DNA of 64,000 nucleotides from the human T2T-CHM13v2.0 reference genome, Homo sapiens, in NCBI RefSeq assembly GCF_009914755.1, contig NC_060925.1; one strand, given 5' to 3'. Below are positions 43,076 to 62,249 of the stretch, piece by piece (within the stretch, counting starts at the first letter, position 1; each line of letters begins with the position of its first letter). Below the pieces are notes generated by a model, which worked only from the letters and a program-made list of their open reading frames with translations, made no database searches and was not told the DNA's origin. A program made the translations under genes and the position numbers.

Positions 43076-46000
43076 TCTAGACAAAGGGCAGGCCCCTGTC
43101 TAGAAGAGGGCTCAGATAAGACTCTATTCAATAATACACCATGTTAGTGGTGTCTCCTGGATGTGTGCAATGTGCTTCCCTCTCTGTGATCTCTGTTGAC
43201 AAGATACTCTCATCCTCTCCCCAAGTCCAACATTGGTATACGTAAGATCTGAGTCCCCACTTCAAACATTCCCTCCACCACCTAAGTACGATCTAACCAT
43301 TTATATTTTGATTCAAAGCTTTTATTCTCTTGTGTTTCTGTAACATAGACCCAGGGCAATGTTACCAATCCTGAGATTTAGTCCTACAGGAGCAAAACTA
43401 CATTTGTAAAATGTTCTTTCTAGGATGACTACCAACATCCAAGAAAATGGTATCATCATAATGGTAATCCTTGGTATATAATTTTCTATTAAAGGAGTGG
43501 AAATAATACAGTAGGAAATTAATTTTAGAAGACTTGGAACAATTTGGTTCAATTCTGTGTATGCACTTATCACCCACAATTTTCCAGGTGCTGTATTACA
43601 TGTTAGGAATACAGATGAAGGTAAGACCCAGTCCTTTCTTTTATGCAATCACCTACTAAAAGAAGCAAAAGCATTATTTTCATACCCAAGCATTGGCACT
43701 CACATAGGTGAAGCCAAAGAAAGTTCTCATGAAAAAAAAAAAATTAACAAATTGAATCAGGGCTAAAACTGTGGAAAGGGACCAAGATGCAGAGCCAAAA
43801 ACTGTTGGCTCCATTGGGAAATCGTGAGAAAGCAGATGCCGGTTGCCCTGCCACTGAAACCCCAGAGGGTACAACTACTCGTGACCATCAAGGGATTAAT
43901 GATGCATTTAAATTGTTCCCACCAGAGATTATATATGCATTGAGACACAGTGGAGGCCAGAGCTGCATGTGACCTAATGGCAAACTCCCAAATCCCCCTG
44001 CATTTTTCTGAAGGGAGGATTGATAACATCCAAAGATACCGTGGCAAATAGTCAGTTCAGGCACTTGAACTCCAAGAAGGCCTCGGGTCCCATAAGACCA
44101 ACTGCCTGGGTTCTACAAATGTTGCACTGGGAAATCTGCCCTCTGGCCAGACGTAGGCTGTAAGCATGCACTTTGGTTCGGTGAACTCCACCCTGCAAGG
44201 AAGGAATTAATCATCATACTAACTAAGGCAAGGGGTGCTGGGATACTGTGTTAAGTGAACCAAATGTCTCCACTAAATGTCAGGTTGAGCCGTGAATTTG
44301 GCAAGCTTATACTCAGCTCCAGTTAGCATTTTCCTCAAATTCCCCAGCAGACAGTTTGGCCTGGTTGGCAGCTTGCTCATAAGAGACCCAGAAATATATA
44401 ATCAGTTCAGCTAAGCAAGCCCCAGGAAAGAGATTCACAGTGGAAATAATGTCCAGGTTCGGTCTCAAGTAGATTGACAGCGACTTCTCATCTGGAAATG
44501 AAAAAAGTATTGTTACCCAGGAGCAGCTTGCATGGAAGAAAGCCAGCAAGGTTCAAGTCCATTTGCGTTGACCACAGTTTATCTGGCCTTCATAAAAAAC
44601 AGGCTAAGGCAAAGCTCAGCATGGAGACACATGCTCATGGCAGCTCAGGTGCATGGCAAATTAAAGAGCTATAGCATACGATAAGAGAAAACTACAGTCA
44701 CACTGGGTGCCAACCTCAAAAAGTGCCAGAGAATGCCAGGAGTCCTAATTATTTGGAATAAAAGCTTTCATGTGACACACAGGAGTTGTTCAGGGACTGG
44801 AGCCATCTCATATTTTCGTAATTCTTTGCCCCTAATGCCAATTTTTTTTCTTTCCTTAAGTGCTAAGATCTGGGAAATAGAAATTTGAAATAGAAAGAAT
44901 AATAACAATCAATAATACGATTCTTACCCCAATTAAACTTACAGTCTAGTGGAGTTACAGATATTAAATTGTCATACACAAATTTGTGAAATTGTAGTTG
45001 TGCTCATTTTTAAATGGAAGAAATGTATGAGGCTCTAAGAGCACATAATAACCAGTGTAAAGCCAAAGATTCCCTGTAAGAAGGTGAGAGAACTAAGCTG
45101 AAATTTGAGAACAAGTAGGTGCTAACTTGTGGTATCAGACAGAGAGGACCAGTAACTACCAAGGGAAGGAGAGAGATAGGTAAGTAGCCAGAGGGACCTC
45201 TGGGCTCTAGGTGTGTGTTGCGTGTGTTGTATTTTAAAGAAGAGACTGAAATCCAACAGAATGATAAAGTTGGAGTTCATATGATCATATGATGAGTGTA
45301 TCTTTCATGAGCTCTCTAATTCTTCACATATGAAGTTGAAAAGTTTTTTTCCTCATTCATAAGGAAATTATGAAAATATTCTTTCTCTACTTTTGTGAAG
45401 CCAGTCTTGTCACGGTCTTCATGTGTTGTACACCCAGGCCCATTCCTACCTGTGTGGCCTTTTCCAACATTTTTCTTTCCCACACCTTTTTCATTCTCCC
45501 TTTCCATATTGCTTGGCACACGTAGCTGACAACGGACTTCTCATTCATGTGGTAGAGCCCATGGTTTGGTCTCTACTTCTGAGTCCATCTGAATTACAGG
45601 TAGTTTAGGGCTTTTCTATTAAAAATGGTGTAGTGTTCACAGACAAATTACTAAATATTGAACAAATATTCCATTAGAAGATAAATTATCTCTTGGAAAA
45701 GGAACTTCTTGCAAATAACATCAATAAGTTGGTTATATATTTTTTGTATTTTGCTTTTTGAGAAACAGCCCAGAAGTAGTCATTGCTTAATATTTTTTAT
45801 GGCCAAAATATACAATATATTCTTTAAGACATACAGACTTTTAATAAAAAGCCTCATTAGGTTGAAGGGAGTCTTACCAATTGATCTTCTAAGAATATTG
45901 CCATTTGATATTTTTTCATAGACATTTAGCCTTATAAAGTTGTTTTCTGAATGGATACCAACATGCTAGATACTGAGTGAGATAAATAAAATCAGTTGAA

Positions 46001-46511
46001 AACTCATAAGGTGGAACCTGATTCATCTAAAGCTTATAGTGTAAGCAAAGAAAAAAATAAAAACTAATTTATTCATAAATACTATTGAACATTTATTATG
46101 TGCCAGTGATGCACTAGAAAAATATCATTCCTGCATTTGCAGATTTGAGTCTCCAGGCAAAGCTACACACTCAGAAAAAGAAAAAAACTCAGCCATAATT
46201 TTCAGCCAACTTAAACACTTTTTATTATCATAAAAATAAAAAAGTAGTATTCTAACTTTGACACTGTGAAAACCAATTACAAATTTAATCTATTTAAAAC
46301 CTAATTCCCCACAATGTACTGATACCAAGCATTTAGATATAGTTTTATAACAAGAATATGATTTTCAGAATATCCAGTACAAATGACTCAACAAGTGTAT
46401 ACCAATGCTTAGGAAATGCAAGTGCTCTACTACCAGGAATCTTGCTATTTATTCTGTCTCTTCTTTACAACAATTATATATGAGGGACATGGACTGACAG
46501 ATGAACAAGTT

Positions 46512-46908
46512 TTTTGTGAATTAAATTGTGTCCCCACCCCCCCACACACACCAAATTAATGTGTTGAAGCCTTAACTCTTAAATGCTCCTGTATTTGGAG
46601 ACAGGGCCTTTAAGGTTATATAAGGTCATCAGGTTGGGGCCCTTATCTGATAGGAGTGATATCCTTATAAAAAGAAGAAAAGATACTAGGGCTTGCTGTC
46701 TTTCTGCATCTATATAGAGAAAAGTCTTTGTCGTCACACAGCCAGAAGGAGGCTGTCCACAAACCAGGAAGAGCCCTCACCAGGAACTGAATTTGCCAGC
46801 ACCTTGATCTTAGACTTCCATCCTTCAGAACTATGAAAAAACAAATTTCTGTTGTTTAAGCCACCCAATCTGTGGTATTTTGTTATGGCATCCTGAAAAT
46901 CTAATAGA
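46512..46908 (+). mobile_element. MLT1A-like solo LTR
   Basis: 'gtatttggagacagggccttta', 'gccagcaccttgatcttagacttcca', 'tttaagccaccca.tctgtggtattttgttatggca'. Confidence 0.88.
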
Positions 46909-48045
46909 AAAGTAAACTAATATTTATTATCTGCTATGTGCCAGCGTCTGTGCATCATAAAAACAGCCAATATTTATTGGACACTTACAAAGGAAAATAT
47001 TCCTAGGTTGTTATCTTCTTTTGTATAGTCCAAGATGATTTACCGCTATGTCTACCTTCCAACTACAAGAACATGAAAGAAGGATAGGAACATCCCTTCC
47101 CTTGGAGTCCCTACCTAGAAATTGCAAGTTATATTTGATTGCATCCTATTGGGTAGAACTTAATCGCATGGAGGCTCTTAACTGCAAGGGAAGCTGAGAA
47201 AAGTTGTTCAAATCAGAAGTTCTACCACTATCAAAGAAGGAAATAATTCATATTGAGGGACAACTGTCAATCTTTTCTACACCCACATCCTCAAATGGAC
47301 TTAGACATTCCTGAATCAAATATTTAATGTTTATAACCCTGCTGCTATGCTGCACCCTGGCTCCTCTGACTAAGCCATTGGATAATGTTGCCAGCTTTTT
47401 GGGGGCTCCTTCTGCAATGAAGCCAGTCTGTCCAATTGGGGATTAACCCCAGTTGTTTCTTGTCCTCAAAATAGAAAGAACACAAATTTTTCTCGTAGCC
47501 AGGAAAGTAAAATGATTTGTTTAAATCTTCAAAGATAGTAAATAGAATAACTGGGATATGAACTGAGGTTTTGGCATTTCAAGTACAATTTTGTTCCCCC
47601 TTAACTACCAGGTGACTTAAAAGTACCCTCTAAATCACTCTGAGATTCATGAATGAACTTATTTCCCCATATTAGAAGACATTTGTGAGGCAGGTTGGAA
47701 GGTGAAGACCAGTTGAAGAAAATGGGAATAATTTTTGTGTTAGGTCTACTTCTTGCTTCTTAATTGAATTTCAGTCTCTGACTAATATTACATGATGTGA
47801 ATGTATCACAGCTTACAAAATCTCCTATCACTGTATATTTAGACTGTTTTCATTCTATTTCATTGCTATTATAAACCACACTGCATTAAACCTAATTGTG
47901 CAAAAATATTTATATGGGAGGGATAGTGCAACTGTTATACACATTTTAAAGTCTGTTGATTGTTTTTGGCAATATTGTTAAACTGCTGTCCAAAAAGACT
48001 TACTAACATTTACTTCCATCAAAAATATATGAGACTAAAAGTTGA

Positions 48046-50677
<2,632 letters not shown>

Positions 50678-52178
50678 GTTCTATTTCTCTCTTTGTTCAT
50701 GTGCTTCCTTTTTTTGTTTTATTTATAGGAATTCTACTTTTATCTTTTTCTGTTTAAGATTCAAGTTTAATTTACCTTTGGAATGGGTATAGTTTGCATG
50801 CAGAATAAAATTAAAAATGTCAAAAATCGTGTAGTGTAAAAAATCTCCCTCCTATATATCCTTTCAGAAATATCCCGTGAGATAGATTTTGCATGGTGCA
50901 AAAATCACCAAGTCTCTTGCTTCATGTACATGTAATCCCTTTTTACAATTCTGTCTTCTAATTTAAAGGAATCAATTCTTTTCTGCATGGGAACCCAGAA
51001 CAAAGATGACATCCCATAAGCAAAAGTGAAACAAACTAAAAATTGTTAAGTTATTGAGTACTACATGACACGCAGAAGAAAAGAGCAACAATGAGGTTGA
51101 ATTTCCCATATGTTAATTAGCAAATCACCATTGTACTAGGAAGCAATAGTGACAAAAATGTTTCTCTCAACATAAACCATCTACTGTGAATAAAGAAAAA
51201 TCATGACAGTGGGCTGGTAAAACACTGGCTTATAGTGAAAGACAATGGATGGGTTTTAGGGCCATTCATCCGACTAGACCTTTAATGGACAATGAGGATT
51301 TTACTGATTTTGGAAAAAAATCAAAGTGTCAAAGTAAAGAGAACAATAAGTAGAAATAAAAAAACAGAGAAGAACAAAAGTAGTAATAAAAAACTAAGAC
51401 CTTTGTACCAGCCTTAGTTTTGCCAGGAACTTGCTGTGTTATCTCTGTCAGTCCACTTATCTTTGTGCTTCCTTGGTCATCCGTAATCTACAGATATAAG
51501 GATGAAATGAAATAAGTATCCCTAAAGAAAATCATGTAGATAATTGGTATAATTAGTAATAATAATACTAGAGTGAGGGATACGGCTAGTAGGCAAGTTT
51601 TTTAAAATTTGATTTACTTTTAGACTGTCACTACTGTTTAGCTATCTGATTGAACAAGATACCTACTGGTTTAGTTTGTTCTCTGAGGCCAAGTCCACTC
51701 ATCTTAGAGATAGAAATGTGAGTTTCACTATTAAGAATGCTGTTGTGGAAATCCAGGATATCAAGTGAAGACAGAAGACACATTCAGCTCCTAGTTCTTA
51801 CATTTTTTTGACTAACAGAGCTTACCCCCATGACCCAGTTCGTATGATCTCAAGTAGGTAAGGAGGGAGTGTTGAAAGTTATATTGTGAATTTAAAATTT
51901 ATACAAACTAGAAAAACCAAGCCTACAGCTGATTTGGATATTTCAATTATCAAATGAATGGGTAAAATTACCAATTTCTGTTCATTTATTTTGTTTCCTA
52001 ATAGCACAGAAATATTAATAACTGAAAGTATTAGATCTTCCAGTCATACTAACCTGGTGATTGCTGCAGGTGCCTATTAGATGTCCGCATTTCACAGACT
52101 GGGCTACACAGATCTTGAGGATAGCCACTGTAGACTACCAGGTTCCAAAGTGGGTTGTGCTGTTGCCTGAATTAGCCG

Positions 52179-52753
52179 TGTATTTTTTATTGCTGCTGTA
52201 AGAAATTACCACAAACTTAAGTGGCTTAAAATAGCACAAATTTATTATCTCAAATTGAGTAAGTCAGAAGTCCAGGTACAGTGAGCTGATATTCTGCTTA
52301 GAATATCACAAGGTGGAAATGAAGGTGTTGGCAGGGCTACATTCCTTTCTGAAGTCTCTAAGCATCTACTTCCAGCCTCCTTTTGATTGTTGGCATAGTT
52401 TGGTTCATGCGGCTGTAGGACTGAGGTCCTGTTTTCTTGATGGCTGTCTGATGAGGACTGCCATTAGTTCCAGAGGTCTCTCTCCCATCCTTGCATGTTA
52501 GTTCCCTGCATCCAGAGCCAGCAACAGTGCATTGAATCCTTCTCCCTCCTCCCCTAATGCTGCATCTCTGCGACTGGCTGTTCTGCCTTCCTCTTTCAAA
52601 AGCTTGAATGATTAGATTGGGTCCACCAGATAATCCAGGATAATCTCCCTATTTAAAGCTCTGTTACTTAATCATATCTGCAAAGAACCTTTTGTCATGT
52701 AGCATAACATATTCATATGTTCTGGAGATTAAGGTATTATCCTGCCTACCACA
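52179..52753 (-). mobile_element. MLT1D/E-like solo LTR
   Basis: 'tattgctgctgtaagaaattaccacaaactta.gtggcttaaaa' ... 'cctgcctaccaca'. Confidence 0.85.
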
Positions 52754-53559
52754 ATACCAAATGCCAAAAGATAGGTAATTATGGGGTAATGTGTCCTCAT
52801 GTCCTTACATCCCTTCTAGAATTATTTCTTGTGACTATTAGGTCCTGTTGTGTTTACCTGGGAAGTATTACAGAACTATTTGAAGCAGGTGAGATACTGG
52901 GATGGAGATTGGGGGGCACATGTTTCCTTTTCCTGATGTTTCTTTCGATATGGAGAAAGATTCTCTAGTAAAACACTCCTGGCCTCTCTTATACTCTCCC
53001 TTCATTCTTCCCCACCACTATGTGACTTTGGGAGGAGGAACAAGGACTGCATGGTTCAGCTCTTGTTGAGGGTCACATTTGGGATCTGTCTGCCAGCAGG
53101 GAGCATGAGCACTGGTCCACTCTTGGCCACAGCCTAAGCTCAGGGGGTAAATGCCCTGCCTCTATAGAGGAAGGCCTATAATTTTTGTTTAGTGCTGCAT
53201 ATAACTGAGTGGATATATTCAAATGGATGAGATCACTCTTTCAGGCCAGCTCAACCATGAACAGGTCAAGCTTAGTATTTTAGATTGTTGTGTAATTACT
53301 ACATGCAGAGTAATGTTCTTGGTACTGGGGAGTAGACAAAGATGGATTAGAACTTCTAAGACAGCAGAGTAAAGAAGGCTTTTCTTTTTCTTCTCTCTAA
53401 TATCACTTCAATAGAAACAACATAATACAATAAATAATAGTGAAGTAGAAGAGGGATGAAAAAGAGGAAAGCCATATATGTAGGCTGATTTCCTCAACCT
53501 TTATAGTGGAGGAGAAAAGGTGAGTGTCAAAAGACATCAACCAAACAAATAAAGTAGTA

Positions 53560-54830
53560 TATGTTTAAATATATTTAAAGAAACATAGGAAAGCTCTATG
53601 AAACAATAATATAATTAGCTAAAATCAAGTGAGGAATAATGGGAGTTAGGAAGAAATACAAATATAGGAATTTTGCCATCGTTTGATGTAGGGAGATAGA
53701 TGTTGCCTAAAGAAACAATGTTTATAATATTTTTAAAAATTTGTTCTAAATTTATAATTTCTAAGATTATATCACTAGACAGAATGCAAGCTTTCAGAAG
53801 GAACCTTTATTTAAAAAGCACAAAGAAAATCCGAATCATAGAATAAAAGATTGAATAAAAGCACAAAAATAAGAATAACATTAAAAGGTAACAGTTCCAT
53901 AACTGAAAGGTATATTTTATATCAGTAAATATAAATGGGATATACTTTTCTATTAAAACATAAAGCCTCTCAAATTGGATCAAAATATAAAATCCAACCA
54001 TATGATATATACAATAAACACATATTTAAAATACATTGATAAGGCCAGGCGCAGTGGCTCATGCCTGTAATCCTAGCACTTTGAGAGGCCAAGGTGGGCA
54101 GATCACTTGAGCTCAGGAGTTCAAAACTAGCCTGGGCAACATGGCAAAACCCCATCTCTACTAAAAATATGAAAATTTGCCAGGTGTGGTGGCGCATGCC
54201 TGTAGTCCCAGCTACTCGATGAGGCTGAGGTGGGAGGATCGCTGGAGCCCAGCAGGTCAAGGCTGCAGTGAGCCAAGATCACACCATTGCACTCCAGCCT
54301 GGGTGACAAAGTGAGACCCTGCCTAAAAAAAAAAAAAAACCATCAAAACACATTGACAAAGAAAGGTTGAAAATAAAATGTACAAAAGTTTGTTATACAA
54401 AAAAAAGACAGTTAACTACAAAGGACATAAACTGCTTTTTAAACATATGAAAAAGAACTCTTCTTCATAAAGTAGTTAAAAGTAAAATTACCATAGAAGG
54501 GGCTTTTCACTTATCAAATTACTAAAGATCAAAAAGTTTGATAACACATTGGTTGTCTGGAGGTGTGAGTAAACAGGCACTCTCATATGTTGCTTGTGGG
54601 GCTGTAAATTAACCCATTTATGGAATGCAACTTGATAATACCTATAGAAATTACAAATACATCTGCTCTTTGATGCAACAATCCCAGTTTAAGAAATTTA
54701 TTCTAGAGTAATATTCATATACATGTACAAAGATGTTCAATGGAGTATTGTCTATAAGAGCAAATGTTTGAAAGCAACTCAATATGTCCATCAGTCAGAC
54801 TTTTAAAACTACTAAAACTAAAACTGTGTT
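53560..54830 (+). mobile_element. Ancient L1M fragments (ORF2 start joined to 3' region)
   Basis: 'gtaaatataaatggga..tattaaaacataaagcctctcaaattggatcaaaa..aaaatccaacc' endonuclease start; 'aaacaggcactctcatat' 3' part. Confidence 0.65.
54043..54338 (+). mobile_element. AluJ
   Basis: 'gtgggaggatcgct.gagccca..aggtcaaggctgcagtgag'; TSD aaaa(t/c)acattga. Confidence 0.95.
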
Positions 54831-55864
54831 AGTATGTAATGACCTCCAAGATTAAGAGGAGAAAAAAGGTCACTATCAAGGACCATTGCTTCCCCACATG
54901 GTGTTTTTGTAAAAATTAGAAAAAGATGCCCTCTTCTTTTGCATAGACACAGTTGTTGTCTGGACCCATTGTTTGTGAATGAGGCAGGAAAAGATTTTAG
55001 CCTCACTCACCTCCTCAATCTCACACCCTTGTGGAGGGCAGAGCCATATGTGGTCACCTTGGCTCCAGATCAAACACTTACATTACTTTTAAAGATGGCA
55101 TTTAAGAAACAAAAACATCTGTTCTTTTGGCATATAAGCATACTATCAAACAATTATCTCTCTTCTCTGAACAGAAATAATGGATTGATGATATCTTAAT
55201 ATAACCCACAAGGAAAATAATAGTTGGTGGACCTTTAAGCTTTAATCATCTAGTGGAAAGAGTTGTCTTTTATTTACCAGACCATCTCAATTTACTTTCT
55301 GAATTGAATTAATTGATTAGTTAATTTAGTGCTTAATACCACTTGTTACCTTTGAATAGCATCACTAAACTTCAAATTATTAAAGTTTGTAAACAACGAA
55401 TTGGACCATGGACCACATTATCTCAGATTTCCATCAAATAAATGTTGTCTCCTACATTTATATGATGCCAACACATCCTTATATTTAATACATTTAAGCT
55501 ATAAGTCAGTTATCTAAAATTTTGGTCCATATCATGCTTAGATATGGTTTGTATTAAAGCTGATAAAACAAATAAGTACTAAGATTTTGGTAATATAACA
55601 CAGATGTTCCTAGCTGGCTGGTGGCTTTCCTCTTGAATGATCAGGATTCACAGACTCCTTCCACCCTGTGCTTTGCTATGACCTTGAGTCTTGAACTTGG
55701 TTGCATATAACTGATAGAAAAGGAAAGAGTGGGAGCTAAGTACAGTGGCACATACCTATAATCCCAGGAACTCAAGAGGCTAAGGCAGAAGAATCTCTTG
55801 AGGACAGAAGTTTGAGACTAACCTGGGCAATATAGCAAGATTCTGTTTCCAAAAAAAAAATTAA

Positions 55865-57838
<1,974 letters not shown>

Positions 57839-58009
57839 CAATTAGTCAGGTGTGGTGGTGCACACCTATGGTCCTAGCTACTCAGGAGGCCAAGGCAAGA
57901 GGATCACTGGAGCCCAGGAGTTTGAGGCTGAAGTGATCTATGATCACTCCACTGCACTCCAGCCTGGACAACAGAGCAAAACCCCAACTCTAAAAAGAAA
58001 AGAAAAGGA

Positions 58010-58205
58010 AAGAGTGGAGAATCCTGCCTCTTAAAACCTTAGACAGGAAGTGCTAACTATTGCTTCTATTATATTACATTGAGAATTAGTCACATAGCCA
58101 CACTTAAATACAAAGGTTTCTGAAAATATCTATGGCTGCACAGTTATCAATCAGAAACAACTCTACACCATGAAAGAGGGAGCGTAAATTTTTGGTGACC
58201 ATCTC
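58010..58205 (-). mobile_element. Old MLT1-type LTR fragment (probably continues at about 55600-55732)
   Basis: 'agaattagtcacatagccacactta.atacaaagg' and 'aaatttttggtgacca' resemble antisense MLT1J/K. Confidence 0.55.
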
Positions 58206-58449
58206 TACCTTTGAGTTGAACACACCATGGTAGTATCTCACGGCATAGTTATCCTGAATTCAGATGCTTGAACTTTTGTGAACGCAGAATTGGCCTATAC
58301 ATGGGACAGAAGATCTGAAATGAATAAAAAACATGATGATTCTTAAAAGAATTGCCTACATGTATAGTTATATTGATTCCTTAACCCATTTCTACCCAAA
58401 GTCTGCTCTCAAAATTTCACCTGACAATCTTGGTAAAAAATATATGGAG

Positions 58450-59110
58450 GTCTTCTACAGACTTAACCTGTACTTTTCAGTCTTTATGCTCATGAACCTT
58501 CACTGTATCTGACAATGTAACTGCTTCCTATTTCATAGTACTCTCTTCTCCTTTGTCCATACTCACCTCTTCCTCCCAGGTTCCTTTCCTAATGCTCTTT
58601 AAATGTTAGTAATCCTGATTCTGGCTCAGCACGCTTGCCTTCCCACACCTTCCTTGAATGATCTTATCCTTCGTATGATTAGAACTACCTGTATGCAGTC
58701 AGTACTCAAATTTATATCCTTAGACATTATCTTTAACCTGATCTTTGGACCTTACATTCATGCTGAACATTTTTCCTGGTTATCACACAAAAACTTTTAC
58801 CTCATTAAGTTCAAACACACCTCTTCCTAAATCTTTTTCCCTTATTTGTTGCCTTAGCAATGGAACCACCATTTACCCAACTGAACAATCTAAAAACCTA
58901 GAATTCAAGATTAACCATATTTATTTCAACTCCATTAAATTAATCATAAGCATGACTGGCTTATGTTACCTCCTAAATAAATTTCAAATTCATTCCTTCC
59001 TATTCATTTCCCATTATTAATGCTTTAATTTGTAACATCAAATTTTCTCCTTTGAATCACTGAATTCATCTTGTTTTTGAATCACCTCTACTACAGTCTT
59101 CCTCTCTTGG
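58450..59110 (+). mobile_element. L2 fragments
   Basis: Pyrimidine-rich; 'aatggaaccaccatttacccaactgaacaatctaaaaacctaga'. Confidence 0.65.
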
Positions 59111-59124
59111 AGTGCAAGCATTTG

Positions 59125-59250
59125 CTAATATTGATCCCACCCCAGATCTAGTTACTCAGAACACCCGAGATGGGGCCAGCATACACAATTTGCATTTGCA
59201 CAGAAGATCTTAAGTAATTTTTATTACCAGTCAAATTAGGAAATCACTAT
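59125..59250. mobile_element. MER5-type MITE fragment
   Basis: 'cccaccccagatct..actcagaa...atggggcc...tttgcattt...ttaggaaatcact'. Confidence 0.6.
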
Positions 59251-60142
59251 ATTTGGAAGGCCCAAATAACAGATTATATAGCAACCAACACCTTTGTATT
59301 TTTTCTATGTTTTTATGGATCCTCTCTTGGTTTCCTACGCCCTGAAAACAACAAATGAGTGACACTGAGGCTCTGACAGGATATGTCTAATTACTTAAAC
59401 ACCTTCAAGTTCAATTCAATTACCATCACTACAAAGTGATTGTGAACTGGAGAAAACCCTGGATCACACTGTGAATTTTATATGCTCTTGTATTTAGTAC
59501 ATTAGTCAGGTCACAGAAATCTTTCTTGAGACCATATCAGGCAAATTTTAGGGGATAGATCAATGTATTGGCAATCTGAGATCTAACTATTGTATAACTC
59601 CAATGACTGAGCTATGAATGCATCACTTAAAAGAAAGAGAACAGAGTAGGGAATAGATGAGTTTGTGTCAGCATTTCTTAGATTTTGGCTACTTTATGCT
59701 GCAAGGAATTTGTTGGAAGGATATTAGGGATTCACTAAATTGGCTGGAGGTAGGAAAAAAGGGCTGGTCAATGGGCAGAAATTAAGGAAGTTTGGTGGTC
59801 TAGGAAGCAAGAAATAGAGCAACCAACTCATTAGCAGGAACAGGCTGGTCAAGATGCTGCCACCATAGCTCTTGGATAGAAGACCAGCAAGAGCTCATTC
59901 TGGCCATGCCTACCTTGTTTATCATCCAAAGTTCTCAGGAAGAATATCTAATTGATCAAAGTTAGGTCATTGCCAGCTCCCTTGATTACGCCAGTAGCAG
60001 GGAGACAGTAGATTCAACAGCCCAGATTTCCTAGTAGGAGGCAGGACTGATCACAATAAGGAAGAGCTCATTGTTCAAAAGGAAGTCAGGTCCTACTAAG
60101 AAGAGAGAGTAAATGCTAAGCAGCCAACAAAAAATAAATACC

Positions 60143-60420
60143 AGATGGGTGCAGTGGCTCATGCCTGTAATCCCAGCACTTTGAGAGGCCAGGAGTTCAA
60201 GACCAGCCTGGCTAACATAGTGAAACCGTGTCTCTACTAAAAATACAAAAATTGGCCTGGTGTGGTGGTGCACACCTGTAATCTCAGCCACTTGGGAGGC
60301 CAAGGCACAAGAATCGCTTCAACCCAGGAGGCAGAGGTTGCAGTGAGCCAATATGGCACCACTGCATTCCAGCCTGGGTGACAGAGCAAGATCCGGTCTC
60401 AAAAAAAAAACCAAACCAAA
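60143..60420 (+). mobile_element. Alu (AluS-type) with left-arm deletion
   Basis: Dimer; 'gagaggccaggagttc' lacks about 24 nt. Confidence 0.94.
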
Positions 60421-62249
60421 TATATATTGCAGTGCACGTAAGGAATAATGAAGAGGAGAAGAAAAAGAAGGGAGAAAAAAAGATTGAGGAAATGAGGAAA
60501 ATATTGGATTCAAACTTCACACAAACCACCACAGAGGAATTTTATTTTGCTTTGCTTTTTTGCTTTGCTTTTATTACTTTTTAAATTAATTGAAAGAAAA
60601 TCTCTTATGAACTTGATAACAATATATCTGGTTCTAATAATCCTAGAAATCTCTATTTATAGACATTGAATATGTTGTTGAAATTAAATAAAATGCATGA
60701 ACAAAATTTCAAGATACATTGAGGCTTTGCTTTCTCAATAAAGTATACTACAAAGGGAATAAAGAAATTCTTTACTCAAATTAACGGTGAATTCTTTTGT
60801 CATGAGAATAGGAGTTTATATTCATTTCAGTGAAAGCACATAAATTGTTCTAGACAAGAAAAACAAAACTAGCCCAAGGCAATATTTTCATTATAGAAAA
60901 AGGCACATGTCCATGAATATCTAGTTTAATATTAACAAAAGTCACTCAATTAGCTATGCATGTGCCATTGTTATAAATATTTATTCACATCTCAGCTAAG
61001 TAACACTTATATCTTGTAGTCACTGGTTCAGAGATTCAGATGTTATAAACATTACCCTTCTTGCCCTGGTGTGACATAGCGGATTTGAGTCCAAAAAAGG
61101 CCTGACACTTCTCAACAATGGAAATGCAAATTTCTTTAAAACTTTCATCTTTATGTTAAGGAAATTGCCTTTGTTGTTTGCTGGTTTTATTTCTTCTCTA
61201 AAATCATTAAAGGAAAAAAAAACCCTGATGAGCTAATATTGCTTGTGTAATAATGACAGTTATTAAAGATGTTAAAAATGGTTTCCTCTTTTCTGTCTCT
61301 TGGAATAGCTCTAGGTGGCCAAAAAAAAAAAGGTAAAACATGTAAAATTCAGGTGAATGAGACTATATAGAGCAAGGATGACAAAAGTTCTCATAGACAA
61401 GCAATTCTCTTGTCTGTGATAAGCATTGCTAATCAGTGTGCTGTTTCCTACTAAGCCTAGACGTGGTTTCCGTAGCCTGTATTCAATGCTCTTAGGTATT
61501 GGTCTTCCATCTATAGGACCTGGCACGTAAGACGAGACATTGTTGCTATACATAATTTAAACCAATTCAATTCATTTATGAAAAAAGATAAGTCTTTGCA
61601 TGTGTCCCTTTTCAAAAGATGCATGGCAGCACCAATGACTCAATAGCCTCAATTTCTACTCTTTGAACAGCGTCAATCTGTCCAACCATTAGTTGTTAGA
61701 ATGTCATATTTTTCCTTTTCCCCAGAAACTTGACTTTTCCTACCACCATGGCGAATAAATTTTCTAAACCCTTATATCCTTTCTCTTCTAGCTTTTTGTC
61801 TTTTCTTTTATCCTTCCCCCGATGACCAGTTGTTTCTTATTTTAGCAGCCTCTGTGCTAGAAATTGAACACACAAACACACACACACTTGCCACAGACAT
61901 GCACACATGCACTTATTATTTTTATATACTCCAGAAAAATTCTGGTTCAAAGAAGGAAGCAAAGTGTTTTCTAAAATAAATATACATATTACCTGTAGAT
62001 TTTAATTGTCTGAGCTTTACTCTCTGCCCCCTTAAATACATTCTACTTACTATTTACGGTTAAATTAATGTTTTATAAATATGTAAAATTTTATTTCACA
62101 AATACTCGAGAAATAACCTGTCAAAGATATTTTTCATGTTTCAGCAGATTTACCATTCTCCTTGATGTGTTAATAGTAAAACCTATTAAAACCTGTCTTT
62201 TAGAGGGCTGAAACTATCCCAGTTAGGCTCAAGCACTGCCCTCCTTCTT

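Noticed and set aside
45316-45519. Minus-strand ORF with CAG|GTAGGA donor
   Set aside because: No convincing matching acceptor and no recognisable peptide
61742-61825. Near-perfect Kozak ACCACCATGG downstream of a splice acceptor
   Set aside because: ORF is only about 25 codons of low-complexity pyrimidine tract, with no donor or other support
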